Notes: generated by a model not told the origin, from the sequence alone. Positions 28,272 to 37,712 are shown, numbered from the stretch's first letter. The stretch: 43,229 nt of DNA from an uncultured Leptospirales bacterium (GCA_964440335.1 CAYTSF010000002.1:1-43229), one strand, 5' to 3'. Made by a program: numbers and translations.

Positions 28272-29420
28272 ATGAGAAAACGGATACAGGAAAAAAAGGT
28301 AAAAATTCTCTGCATAGACGACAGCCGCCTGAACCGTGCTTTTATACAGAAAGCACTTGCCGCCCTGAACTTTGATGTTTTCGAGGCAGAAACGGGTCAG
28401 AGGGGCCTTGATATGCTTGCACATGAACAGTATGACCTTATACTCCTCGATATCGTTATGCCTGAAATGGACGGTTTCACCTTTCTTAAAGAATTCAAAA
28501 AAATGAAACGCGAAAATTTCACGCCCATAATCCTCATGACCGCCCTTGATGACCTTAAATCCAAGATTAAGGGCCTTAACACCGGGGCTGATGATTATCT
28601 TCTGAAGCCCCTTAATGAAGAGGAGCTTATTGCCCGCGTGATGTCGCTTCTGCGTCTTCAAAAAGCCAACTCAGAGTTATACGAAAAAAACCAGCAGATT
28701 AAACAGGAACTGGAAGCAGCAAAAAAAATCCAGCAGTTTGTTATTCCGCATGATTTCAGCTTTATTAACTACCCGCGTGTCAGCGGAAGGTACCAGCCGA
28801 TTGAAGATATCGGCGGTGATTTCTTTGACTGCTATTCAATTGATGACAGGCACAGCGCCTTTCTTATTGCTGATGTTACGGGCCACGGGATTCCAGCCGC
28901 ATTAACCATGACCATGTCCAAGATGCTCTTCAGCATATACGCACAGAAGCATCACAGTACATCCGATTTGCTTAAAGAGATAAATGCCCAGTTAAACGGC
29001 ACTCTTCTCGATACTCAGTATATCACAGCATTTTACCTGATATACAATAACGAAACCTCGCAGTTAACATATTCCAATGCCGGCCACACCAGGGCTCTTT
29101 TTTTCAGAGCGGATAAAAACCAGGTACTTGCCCTTGATACATTCGGCTTTTTTCTGGGGATCATGGACTCTGTTGATTACGAGGAGAAATCAATTCATGT
29201 GGAAAAGGGTGACAGGCTCATAATCTATACTGATGGCATCACCGAGGCCAAAAACCGTGCAGGTGAGGAATTCGGAGAACTTTCACTTGCACGGTTTATC
29301 AAAAACAACCATGATCTTCATGGAGAGGATTTCTGCAATGGGCTTATGAACACATTCTCAGGATTTATTCAAAATCAGGAAATTAATGACGATATAGCCT
29401 TTCTGAATATTGAGTTCTGA
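28272..29420 (+). CDS. response regulator REC + PP2C/SpoIIE-type phosphatase (RsbU-like)
   Basis: REC (ILCIDD...LDIVMP...K) followed by a SpoIIE domain (GGDFFD, ADVTGHGIPAAL, YTDGITEA). Confidence 0.85.
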   Translation: MRKRIQEKKVKILCIDDSRLNRAFIQKALAALNFDVFEAETGQRGLDMLAHEQYDLILLDIVMPEMDGFTFLKEFKKMKRENFTPIILMTALDDLKSKIKGLNTGADDYLLKPLNEEELIARVMSLLRLQKANSELYEKNQQIKQELEAAKKIQQFVIPHDFSFINYPRVSGRYQPIEDIGGDFFDCYSIDDRHSAFLIADVTGHGIPAALTMTMSKMLFSIYAQKHHSTSDLLKEINAQLNGTLLDTQYITAFYLIYNNETSQLTYSNAGHTRALFFRADKNQVLALDTFGFFLGIMDSVDYEEKSIHVEKGDRLIIYTDGITEAKNRAGEEFGELSLARFIKNNHDLHGEDFCNGLMNTFSGFIQNQEINDDIAFLNIEF

Positions 29421-29423
29421 TAA

Positions 29424-29762
29424 TCAGTTCTCCTCGCCTGTATCTTCGACTTCATCCTGGTCAGGCAGTCCTTCTGAATAATCTGCTCTGTTTTTAGGTG
29501 CCGGCTGATCAGGAACTGTCCCGGTATTCTTGTCTTTTATATATACAGCGAGTTTGTCAATCCCCTTCTTAAGCTCATCGAATTCGGCTAAATCCAGCGC
29601 GATCCCTTTTTGTGTTGGCTTGTAAATTTCGTTACCATCTTTATCCCTTGCTGCAACATACCATATGCGGATATTGATCAGTTCCTTGCCTTTAAATTCT
29701 GATACTTCTATTCGGATAATTTCGCTGGCATTTCTCTGGATATCCTTTATAAGAATTGGCAT
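29424..29762 (-). CDS. PC4/YdbC-like ssDNA-binding protein with acidic C-terminal tail
   Basis: The pattern EIIRIEVSEFKGKELINIRIWY...PTQKGIAL matches the PC4 fold family. The tail is DQDEVEDTGEEN. Confidence 0.6.
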   Translation of the reverse strand: MPILIKDIQRNASEIIRIEVSEFKGKELINIRIWYVAARDKDGNEIYKPTQKGIALDLAEFDELKKGIDKLAVYIKDKNTGTVPDQPAPKNRADYSEGLPDQDEVEDTGEEN

Positions 29763-30200
29763 TTTTTACCTCGAAAATTTTTTTATGCTGATGATTATTA
29801 TTTTACATGTTTTGTCTATAATAATCACTTTTTAATAGCATCATGCTTATAAACAGTATAATATTATTACAAGAAGCTTATTTTGAGTTGTTTCATTTTT
29901 TTCTTTAATCCTGACATATAGGCTATGACAAGGCTTTTATGGGAATTAAAATCAATCTGGGAACAAAGCACTTTTATACCAAGTGAGAAATTGGCTTACC
30001 ATAGTTGCTATTGTTCGCAGCCTGCTGAAGGCGCGAGGAGGAAATATTATTATGGTTATACCCGTTTTATAAATGGTATATTATTGAATTTATTTTTTAT
30101 GCAACGACGGTCAATAAAAACTTATTATTAGTTGTAAAAAACCCTGCATTCCTGCAGGTGATGTTTAATCAGAGCATCTCTTTAGTTCCGGAGTAAATAT

Positions 30201-30902
30201 ATGGATAAAAAAATTGTAATAGTGATCGTTTCCTCCAATAATCTTGAAGCAGTAAAAAAAGCCATTATTGAAATCGATAATATTGATTATGCCGATCTTC
30301 TCATTGTGGATGATGGTTCAGATTATGATATACTGAATGTGATCCGTAAATATAAAAAAGTCAAATGCATACGACATGAAATCGTGCAGGGATACGGGGC
30401 CTGCATAGATACAGCGTTGAACTATTCAAGGGATATGGAATATGATTATCTCATTACTCTTGACTGTGAGGCAAAAAATTTAACAAATGATGTCCCCGAA
30501 ATAGTAAATAATCTGGAGTATGGCTATGATATTGTAAGCTGCAGCCGTCTTCTTGAAAATTACAATTATTCAGAAATTAAAGAAGATATTACAAAATTCT
30601 ATGAGGCGATTGCAATTCCGTTTAATGACGAAACGGGCTTGAATTTTACCGATCCGTTATCTGAAAATAAAGGATTCAATATTGAGGCAACAGAGCATAT
30701 AGTTTTAACAGAAATTTCTCATGGTGTCCATCTTCAGATAATTATCCAGGGTGTTTTTTATGGATGTAACATAATCGAAATACCTTCGGACTCAGGGCTG
30801 CAGGCAGGAAAAGAGATAAGCGAGAATGAAAGCCCTTTTGAGCAGTACCTTGCAGTAATTACCACTGAAAAGTTTCTTTTCAATAAAGGTACAATTAACT
30901 GA
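30201..30902 (+). CDS. glycosyltransferase family 2-like protein
   Basis: GT-A N-terminal pattern (IVIVSSNN...LIVDDGSDYD...GYGACI...LITLD). Confidence 0.55.
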   Translation: MDKKIVIVIVSSNNLEAVKKAIIEIDNIDYADLLIVDDGSDYDILNVIRKYKKVKCIRHEIVQGYGACIDTALNYSRDMEYDYLITLDCEAKNLTNDVPEIVNNLEYGYDIVSCSRLLENYNYSEIKEDITKFYEAIAIPFNDETGLNFTDPLSENKGFNIEATEHIVLTEISHGVHLQIIIQGVFYGCNIIEIPSDSGLQAGKEISENESPFEQYLAVITTEKFLFNKGTIN

Positions 30903-31000
30903 TGAAAAAGAAAATGTAAGCTGACTGATTCTTGAGTTTTATTATTGACAAAAAGCTTTTCAAACTCTAACTAATTCAATCCAGTTTAAAAGAGAGTAAA

Positions 31001-32680
31001 ATGTCCAAACCTGTAATAGTTCAAAGCGACAACACACTGCTTGTAGAGGTTGATAACCCTGAATTTGAAAATGCGCGGAATTCCATATCACAGTTTTCCG
31101 AACTTGAAAAGAGCCCTGAACATATCCACACATACAGGATTACTCCCCTTTCCCTGTGGAACGCTGCAGCATCGGGACTCAGCGCTGAAACAATAATAAC
31201 CAACCTTTCACGATACTCAAAGTACGATATACCTGATACGGTACACACAACAATCAAGGAGCAGATGAAACGTTATGGCCTGCTCAAACTCGTTATGGCA
31301 GGTGAAGAACTTATTCTGTCATCATCTGATCCGGCGCTCATAAATGAAATATACTATAACAAAAAACTTCAGAATTACATTATAGAACGTAAAGATCAGA
31401 ACACCCTGAATGTAAAAAAAATTTTCAGGGGGCATGTGAAGCAGGCCCTGATAAAAATAGGTTTTCCGGTTGAAGACCTTGCGGGATATGAAGATGGCGA
31501 TCCATGTGAAATCCGGATAAAACAGCCTGATGACAGTGGTGCGGGGCTCGAGCTGAGGGACTACCAGGTCAGCGCTATTAATGCATTCTACCAGGGGGGC
31601 GGACCTGAAGGCGGCAGCGGGGTTGTGGTATTACCCTGCGGTGCAGGTAAAACAATGATAGGCATCGGTTCAATGGAAATATTGCGTACCGAAACCCTTA
31701 TTCTTGTTACCAATACGATTGCTTTACGGCAGTGGCGCGATGAACTTTTAAGCCGGACAACCCTTTCAGAGGACATGATCGGTGAATACTCCGGGGATAA
31801 AAAAGAGATCAGGCCTGTCACAATAGCGACATATAATATCCTCACATACCGAAAAAACAAAAAAGACGGTTTTCTGCACTTTGATCTGTTTAACTCAAAA
31901 AACTGGGGCCTTATCATATACGATGAAGTTCACCTGCTGCCGGCTCCGGTATTCAGGATGACATCAGAGATTCAGAGCAAGAGACGGCTTGGGCTGACAG
32001 CCACGCTCATCAGGGAGGACGGGCTTGAGTCCGATGTATTCAGCCTGATCGGCCCGAAAAAATATGACATGCCATGGAAACTTCTTGAGAAATCAAGCTG
32101 GATAGCAACCGCCCTTTGTACCGAAGTCCGTATTGAACTGCCAGAGGATATAAGGATACAATATTCTGTTTCCAAAGACAGGGAAAAGTTCAGGATAGCA
32201 TCAGAGAATGTACGTAAAGTGCGCTTTGCCAAACGCATACTTGACTTTCATGCAGATTCAAATGTGCTGATTATCGGGCAGTATATCTCACAGCTGGAGG
32301 AATTCCAGAGGATCTTTTCGTTTCCACTAATCACAGGCAGTACGCCTCTTCCTGAAAGAGAGGACCTTTACAAGCGTTTCAGAAACGGTGAGATCAAGTG
32401 CCTGATTGTTTCCAAGGTCGCAAACTTTTCCATCGACCTGCCCGATGCGAACGTTGCTATTCAGATTTCAGGCACATTTGGTTCAAGGCAGGAGGAGGCC
32501 CAGAGGCTGGGCCGTGTTCTCCGTCCCAAAAAAAATGATAACATGGCATATTTTTATACGATAATAACTTCAAATTCCATTGAAGAAAAATTCGCGCATA
32601 ACAGACAGCTTTTTCTGACAGAGCAGGGTTATACATATACCATCATGAACGAAGAGATGTTCAATAAAAAATTCGGATAG
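31001..32680 (+). CDS. XPB/Rad25 (ERCC3)-type SF2 DNA helicase
   Basis: XPB-type N-terminal domain, Walker A PCGAGKT, DEVH box (IIYDEVHLLPA), and the RED motif (LIREDG) characteristic of XPB. Confidence 0.85.
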   Translation: MSKPVIVQSDNTLLVEVDNPEFENARNSISQFSELEKSPEHIHTYRITPLSLWNAAASGLSAETIITNLSRYSKYDIPDTVHTTIKEQMKRYGLLKLVMAGEELILSSSDPALINEIYYNKKLQNYIIERKDQNTLNVKKIFRGHVKQALIKIGFPVEDLAGYEDGDPCEIRIKQPDDSGAGLELRDYQVSAINAFYQGGGPEGGSGVVVLPCGAGKTMIGIGSMEILRTETLILVTNTIALRQWRDELLSRTTLSEDMIGEYSGDKKEIRPVTIATYNILTYRKNKKDGFLHFDLFNSKNWGLIIYDEVHLLPAPVFRMTSEIQSKRRLGLTATLIREDGLESDVFSLIGPKKYDMPWKLLEKSSWIATALCTEVRIELPEDIRIQYSVSKDREKFRIASENVRKVRFAKRILDFHADSNVLIIGQYISQLEEFQRIFSFPLITGSTPLPEREDLYKRFRNGEIKCLIVSKVANFSIDLPDANVAIQISGTFGSRQEEAQRLGRVLRPKKNDNMAYFYTIITSNSIEEKFAHNRQLFLTEQGYTYTIMNEEMFNKKFG

Positions 32681-32684
32681 GTCC

Positions 32685-34625
32685 ATGACTCAAAAAAAAA
32701 TTTTTTCCATCATTTTTACTTTTCTCTTTATTCAACTCTTTACAACATTCAGCTTTACATCTTCAGATATTAAAATTTATATTATTACATCCTTTAAAGG
32801 AGTGCTGGTTTCAGATAACAACGGCAGGTCATGGTCAGACTGCAATGACGGACTGCCTGAAAACTGCATCCCACAAAGAATTTACAATGCTTCGGGTAAA
32901 ATGTACCTTACAACTTTTTCTTCAGGGCTCTTTAAATTCAATGATGACACATGGGAAAATATAAGTTCATCGATGTTTAAAAGAAGGAGTATCTATGAGC
33001 AGGATGCGGGTTACAGAAAAATCTCCGCATTCGCAGCAGACCCCGGAAACGCAGATAATATAGCAGCAGCAACAAAACACAGTATATACAGGTCCGCTGA
33101 CGGTGGTCGCAGCTGGAACGAAATTCCCATGACCGGCATAAAGAGTTTAGACTACATAACCGCCCTGGCAATAGATGGCGACGTTATATTTGCCGGAACC
33201 TCCTTTGATGGAATCTACGAATTAAAAGGGAAAAAATTTGTTTCAGCCGGCGATGGTCTTCCGGGTGAGAAGTATTCTGAAAAAAAAACATATCCTGAAC
33301 AGGTATCAGTACTTGCAGTTCATGAAAAGAGATTATACGCCGGGTTCTATTTTGGAGGCGGGCTTTACTGCAGGGAGGCAAACGGGAAAACTTTCAAACC
33401 GGTATATATTCCATCCGATTCTTCCGTTGATTCTGTCATATACGATTTACAATTTACAGATTCTTTTATATTCACTGACCGCCAGCATCTATTTATGAAA
33501 AAAAAAGATTCCATCGATGAATTACAAAATTATAATGAAGCAATGCAACGTTTAACATCGAGAAAAGATGTTTTATCAGCAACATTTACTGATGAAAACG
33601 GTTCCTCTCCCTCCCTGACATTTAAAATCTGTAATCCTGAAAAAAAAGCTTCAATGGATGCTGCCAGAAACAAAAACGCAATATATGTAAGCATTCCTTC
33701 ACTAAAAAAAAATCTCGATAAGCTGATTGAAATAACAAAGAAGACCGAAATCAATGCCTTTGTTATTGATATGAAGGACGATTTCGGTAATATCTATTTT
33801 ACTGCAAGTTCCCCTGTGGCAGCAGAGATCAAATCCCAGAAAAATACTTTAAAGATCAGCGGGATATTAACAAAACTCAAAGAAAACAATATCTATGTGA
33901 TTGCCAGAATAGTAACATTCAAGGACGAAAAACTGCATAATGCCTATAACAACAGATACGCAATTAAAAATAAAAAAACAGGAAAAGCATGGAAGGGTGT
34001 TGATACAGAATACTGGGTTGATCCTTTTTCTGATTTTGTACATGATTATAACATAGGGCTTGCTTCAGACCTTGAAAAGGCGGGTTTTGATGAAATCCAG
34101 TTCGATTACATCCGCTTCCCTTCCGATGGACAGACAGCAAATTGTGATTTTACATATAAAAAAGACCCGGAAACATATAAATCTGAAATTTTGATTGATT
34201 TTTTAAAAAAAGCAAAAAAGTGTTTAACTATTCCGGTTTCAGTTGATATATATGGATTTAATTCATGGTATTATGTCGGAAATTGGATTGGTCAGGATAT
34301 GGAGGAACTGTCACACGTTGTTGATGTGATCTGCCCCATGGTCTATCCATCTCATTTTGGCAGCAGGTTCTATAATGATGTCAGCAGAGATATAAGGCCA
34401 TACAACATAGTTTATGACGGAGCACGGCGGGCACTTCAACTGATTGACACTTCATCGTGTATACGGCCTTACCTGCAGGCGTTTAACCTGTTATCGCCTA
34501 CGTGGGGTCCTGATTATATAATGAAACAGGTTAATGCATCAAAAGAGAGCGGATGCAGCGGATATACTCTTTGGAATGCCAATGGGGATTATTCTGTTCC
34601 GTATAAAGCCCTAAAAAAACAATGA
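32685..34625 (+). CDS. secreted two-domain protein: BNR/Asp-box repeat region + DUF4015-type putative glycoside hydrolase TIM barrel
   Basis: Signal peptide, Asp-box motifs (SDNNGRSWSD, SADGGRSW), and a C-terminal half with the DUF4015-like pattern (NAFVIDMKDDFG..., WVDPFS, EIQFDYIRFP). Confidence 0.6.
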   Translation: MTQKKIFSIIFTFLFIQLFTTFSFTSSDIKIYIITSFKGVLVSDNNGRSWSDCNDGLPENCIPQRIYNASGKMYLTTFSSGLFKFNDDTWENISSSMFKRRSIYEQDAGYRKISAFAADPGNADNIAAATKHSIYRSADGGRSWNEIPMTGIKSLDYITALAIDGDVIFAGTSFDGIYELKGKKFVSAGDGLPGEKYSEKKTYPEQVSVLAVHEKRLYAGFYFGGGLYCREANGKTFKPVYIPSDSSVDSVIYDLQFTDSFIFTDRQHLFMKKKDSIDELQNYNEAMQRLTSRKDVLSATFTDENGSSPSLTFKICNPEKKASMDAARNKNAIYVSIPSLKKNLDKLIEITKKTEINAFVIDMKDDFGNIYFTASSPVAAEIKSQKNTLKISGILTKLKENNIYVIARIVTFKDEKLHNAYNNRYAIKNKKTGKAWKGVDTEYWVDPFSDFVHDYNIGLASDLEKAGFDEIQFDYIRFPSDGQTANCDFTYKKDPETYKSEILIDFLKKAKKCLTIPVSVDIYGFNSWYYVGNWIGQDMEELSHVVDVICPMVYPSHFGSRFYNDVSRDIRPYNIVYDGARRALQLIDTSSCIRPYLQAFNLLSPTWGPDYIMKQVNASKESGCSGYTLWNANGDYSVPYKALKKQ

Positions 34626-34632
34626 GGAAAGT

Positions 34633-34959
34633 ATGAAGGGTTTCAGCCTGAAAATTGACCTTGATAATAAAATACCTGTAATTTTACTGTCAGGGGATAT
34701 CACGTCTGATGCTGAACCTTTTCTCCATGATGCTTATGAAGAGATCATGAAAAAGAAAAAAGCCATAACGATAATTTTTGATTTTACCAATGCCCATTAT
34801 ATAAACTCATCCGGTATCTCAGCTTTCATAAAACTGATTCACAAGCATAATGACTTCAACGGGAATTTCATATTTGCAGGCCTGTCCGATCATCTGAAGA
34901 AAGTAATTGATATTGTTGGATTAACTGAGTATATTACAATACTCGATTCAACCCGATAA
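34633..34959 (+). CDS. STAS-domain anti-sigma-factor antagonist (SpoIIAA/RsbV-like)
   Basis: ~108 aa with the phospho-serine context YINSSGISAF. Confidence 0.8.
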   Translation: MKGFSLKIDLDNKIPVILLSGDITSDAEPFLHDAYEEIMKKKKAITIIFDFTNAHYINSSGISAFIKLIHKHNDFNGNFIFAGLSDHLKKVIDIVGLTEYITILDSTR

Positions 34960-34970
34960 TCGGAGGGATT

Positions 34971-36575
34971 ATGCCAAAAACGAAGAATGATGGATGCGTC
35001 CTCTCAATAGACGCAGGTACTCAATCTATTCGCGCCAGCCTGATCGACTTCCACGGAAATATAATCAAAATTGTAAAAACAGAGATCGAACCATATTATT
35101 CGGTTCAGCCGGGCTGGGCAGAACAGGATCCTGAATACTTCTGGAAAGTGCTGGCCCGGACCTGTCGGAAACTCATGTCATCCCTTCCTGTAAAAAAAGA
35201 GGCAATACTTGGCGTTACCATGACAACACAGCGCAATACAATGATCAGCCTTGACTCATCAGGAAAACCTCTAAGGCCCGCCTTTGTCTGGCTTGACCGG
35301 AGAAAAGCAAAGATGGAAAACTGGCCACCATTTTATCTTAAACTACCTCTGCATATACTTGGTTTGTATGATATCGCAATGTATGGTATCATGGAATGTG
35401 AAGCAAACTGGATCTACCAGAACCAGCGTGAAATCTGGGATAAGACTCACAAGTTTCTCTTTTTATCAGGCTTCTTTACATATAAATTATGCGGAGACTT
35501 TGTTGATTCAACTGGTAACCAGGTGGGATATGTCCCTTTCAATTACAAAAAGCAGACCTGGGCAGCAGAGAAAGATTTTAAATGGCAGATTTTTCACGTA
35601 AAAAAAAGTCATCTTCCACGCCTGGTCAAGCCATCAGAAATGCTTGGGCAGATTTCCAGACATGCTGCTAAAGAAACAGGGATACCTGAAGGGCTGCCTC
35701 TTTTTGCAGCTGCTGCAGATAAGGCATGTGAGGTTCTGGGATCTGGCTGTATGACTCCACAGATTGGATGTCTCAGTTTTGGCACTACTGCTACAATTGA
35801 AACTACAAACAGGAACTATGTAGAGATTATTCCATACCTGCCATCATATCCCAGTGCTGTGCCCGGTTCATATAATACTGAGGTGATGATATATCGGGGA
35901 TACTGGATGGTAAGCTGGTTTAAAAACGAGTTCTGTCATCATGAAATAAATCTTGCTCGAAAAAAAACCATCTCTCCTGAAATACTTCTCGATCAGATGG
36001 CAGGATCAATACCTCCAGGTTCCATGGGGCTCATGCTTCAGCCCTTCTGGTCACCAGGTGTTAAAGTTCCGGGACCAGAGGCCAAGGGTTCAATTATAGG
36101 GTTTGGCGATGTGCATACACGGGCTCATGTTTACAGGGCAATTCTTGAAGGTCTTTCTTACGCATTAAAAGAAGGGGCAATCCGGACTGAAAAAAGAAAT
36201 AAAATGAAAATTGAAAAAATCAGGGTATCAGGTGGTGGTTCACAGAGCAGAACAGCCATGCAATTAACTGCTGATATATTTAACATGGTAGCAGAAAAGC
36301 CCCATACATACGAAACATCAGCTCTTGGTGCGGCTATTGATGCTGCTGTAGGTTTAAAAATTTTCAGCAATTTTAAATTGGCAATCAACTCAATGACAAG
36401 GGTTGGAGAAAGCTTTGAACCGGTTAAGGAAAACAGTAAAATTTATGAGGATCTTTTCAATAATGTTTACATGAAAATGTATCATAAGATGCAGCCTCTT
36501 TATGATGAAATCCGGAATATTACCAACTATCCACCATATATCAAAGGAAAGAATAAAAAAACAGCTGGTTTTTAA
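34971..36575 (+). CDS. FGGY-family carbohydrate kinase
   Basis: N-terminal VLSIDAGTQSIRA, a central FGTTA-type segment, and C-terminal RVSGGGSQS. Confidence 0.85.
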   Translation: MPKTKNDGCVLSIDAGTQSIRASLIDFHGNIIKIVKTEIEPYYSVQPGWAEQDPEYFWKVLARTCRKLMSSLPVKKEAILGVTMTTQRNTMISLDSSGKPLRPAFVWLDRRKAKMENWPPFYLKLPLHILGLYDIAMYGIMECEANWIYQNQREIWDKTHKFLFLSGFFTYKLCGDFVDSTGNQVGYVPFNYKKQTWAAEKDFKWQIFHVKKSHLPRLVKPSEMLGQISRHAAKETGIPEGLPLFAAAADKACEVLGSGCMTPQIGCLSFGTTATIETTNRNYVEIIPYLPSYPSAVPGSYNTEVMIYRGYWMVSWFKNEFCHHEINLARKKTISPEILLDQMAGSIPPGSMGLMLQPFWSPGVKVPGPEAKGSIIGFGDVHTRAHVYRAILEGLSYALKEGAIRTEKRNKMKIEKIRVSGGGSQSRTAMQLTADIFNMVAEKPHTYETSALGAAIDAAVGLKIFSNFKLAINSMTRVGESFEPVKENSKIYEDLFNNVYMKMYHKMQPLYDEIRNITNYPPYIKGKNKKTAGF

Positions 36576-36589
36576 TACCAGCTGTTTTT
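36555..36589. terminator. bidirectional rho-independent terminator
   Basis: 10-bp stem AACAGCTGGT / ACCAGCTGTT with a 7-nt loop, flanked by an A-run and a T-run. Lies between the convergent FGGY and XRE genes. Confidence 0.75.
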
Positions 36590-36609
36590 GGTCGGAACAG
36601 TAATTTCAA

Positions 36610-37041
36610 TTAGACCAATATCTTATTAATCATTTTTACAATTACCTCGATATCTTCCTGTGAACCTTTATCAAGGAGCTTCTTAAAAATTACCATTTCG
36701 TTGCCATAACTTTTTTCATTGGCAATAACAAATTTCTCGCCCACTCCATAAAGAAGCCAGTCAAGCGAAATTTTATGTCTGATTGACACGCTACGGAGAA
36801 ATTTAAATGAAGGATTCTGTGATCCGCATTCAACTTTGGCAACATAACGCCTGTCGATACCTGCAGATTCACCAAATTCTCTCTGTGTTATTTTCAGATC
36901 TTTACGTACTTCTTTGAGACGAAGACGAATCTGTTTAAAAAATTCAGATTCTTTGTCATCATCAAGTACATTTTCAGAAAGAAACTGATGATCCGTGTAT
37001 CTTTCTCGATACCTGCTTTGGTTACTTACAGTTGTATTCAT
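36610..37041 (-). CDS. XRE-family helix-turn-helix transcriptional regulator
   Basis: HTH_3 pattern LKITQREFGESAGIDRRYVAKVECGSQNPS. Confidence 0.75.
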   Translation of the reverse strand: MNTTVSNQSRYRERYTDHQFLSENVLDDDKESEFFKQIRLRLKEVRKDLKITQREFGESAGIDRRYVAKVECGSQNPSFKFLRSVSIRHKISLDWLLYGVGEKFVIANEKSYGNEMVIFKKLLDKGSQEDIEVIVKMINKILV

Positions 37042-37274
37042 ATTCCCTCTTTTTGTTTATTTATATATTTTATTGCAAAATAAATTCAACTGGGTTTTTT
37101 TTCAACGAAAAAATGTCAGTTTAACAGCATAATTTTATTAAACAACGCTATTAAAACATTGATAATTAGTGATAATATAATGTAAAGGTTACTATAAAAC
37201 CGTTACAATTATCAAAATTTTTAAAAATTTTTTAGATCCCATATGATAAATTCCTACTACGAATAATAATAGAT

Positions 37275-37377
37275 CTGTTTCCAAACTCGTGTTTGATACC
37301 TTCAGAAAACCTGAAGGGGGCTTTTTTAAGGGGCTCCGCCCCTTAGACCCGGTAAAAAAATATAAAAAGGAAACAAG
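37275..37377 (+). repeat. ~103-bp structured repeat with terminal inverted repeats (MITE-like), copy B
   Basis: Bounded by CTGTTTCC...GGAAACAAG. Aligns with the reverse complement of 23974-24076. Confidence 0.7.
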
Positions 37378-37712
37378 TCTACAATATAATTCAGACTGAC
37401 ATAAGAGATATAACGTGCATTATATTTAATGATTTATACAATTCATAAAGTGGATATAATCATAAATTTGTTTTCTCCACAGCTGATTACGTGGGGAAAA
37501 TTGCAGCTGCATAATACCATTTTATGATAAGTATATTTAAATAAATGCTTGGTATAACTGCTGTACAAATATCTGTTGTTCAAAAGAGATAAAAACTACT
37601 TTACATACATCTTCATTCATAAAATTTATTCTGGAAGAGTTAAATTGACAGATCGCTTTTATGCAGAATCAGGAGATCCTGTATTGAAAATCATTTTTTC
37701 GCATGGTTGCAT

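Noticed and set aside
29925-30131. 68-aa plus-strand ORF in the PC4/GT2 spacer.
   Set aside because: It has no ribosome-binding site and an odd composition (Tyr/Cys/Arg-rich), and it crosses the AGGAGG-led mini-ORF in another frame. It is treated as non-coding.
30136-30158. Hairpin CCTGCA-TTCC-TGCAGG preceded by A6, which on the minus strand looks like an intrinsic terminator.
   Set aside because: There is no minus-strand gene upstream for it to terminate, and the stem is only 6 bp. It is more likely a minor 5'-UTR structure of the GT2-like gene, or chance.
37449-37481. Two DnaA-box-like 9-mers in the moeA upstream spacer: AGTGGATAT (7/9 to TGTGGATAA) and TTCTCCACA (8/9 to TTATCCACA). Two weaker ones lie at about 3370 and 3405.
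   Set aside because: They are only degenerate matches, there is no cluster of several boxes, and there is no dnaA context. Such matches are plausible by chance in AT-rich DNA.
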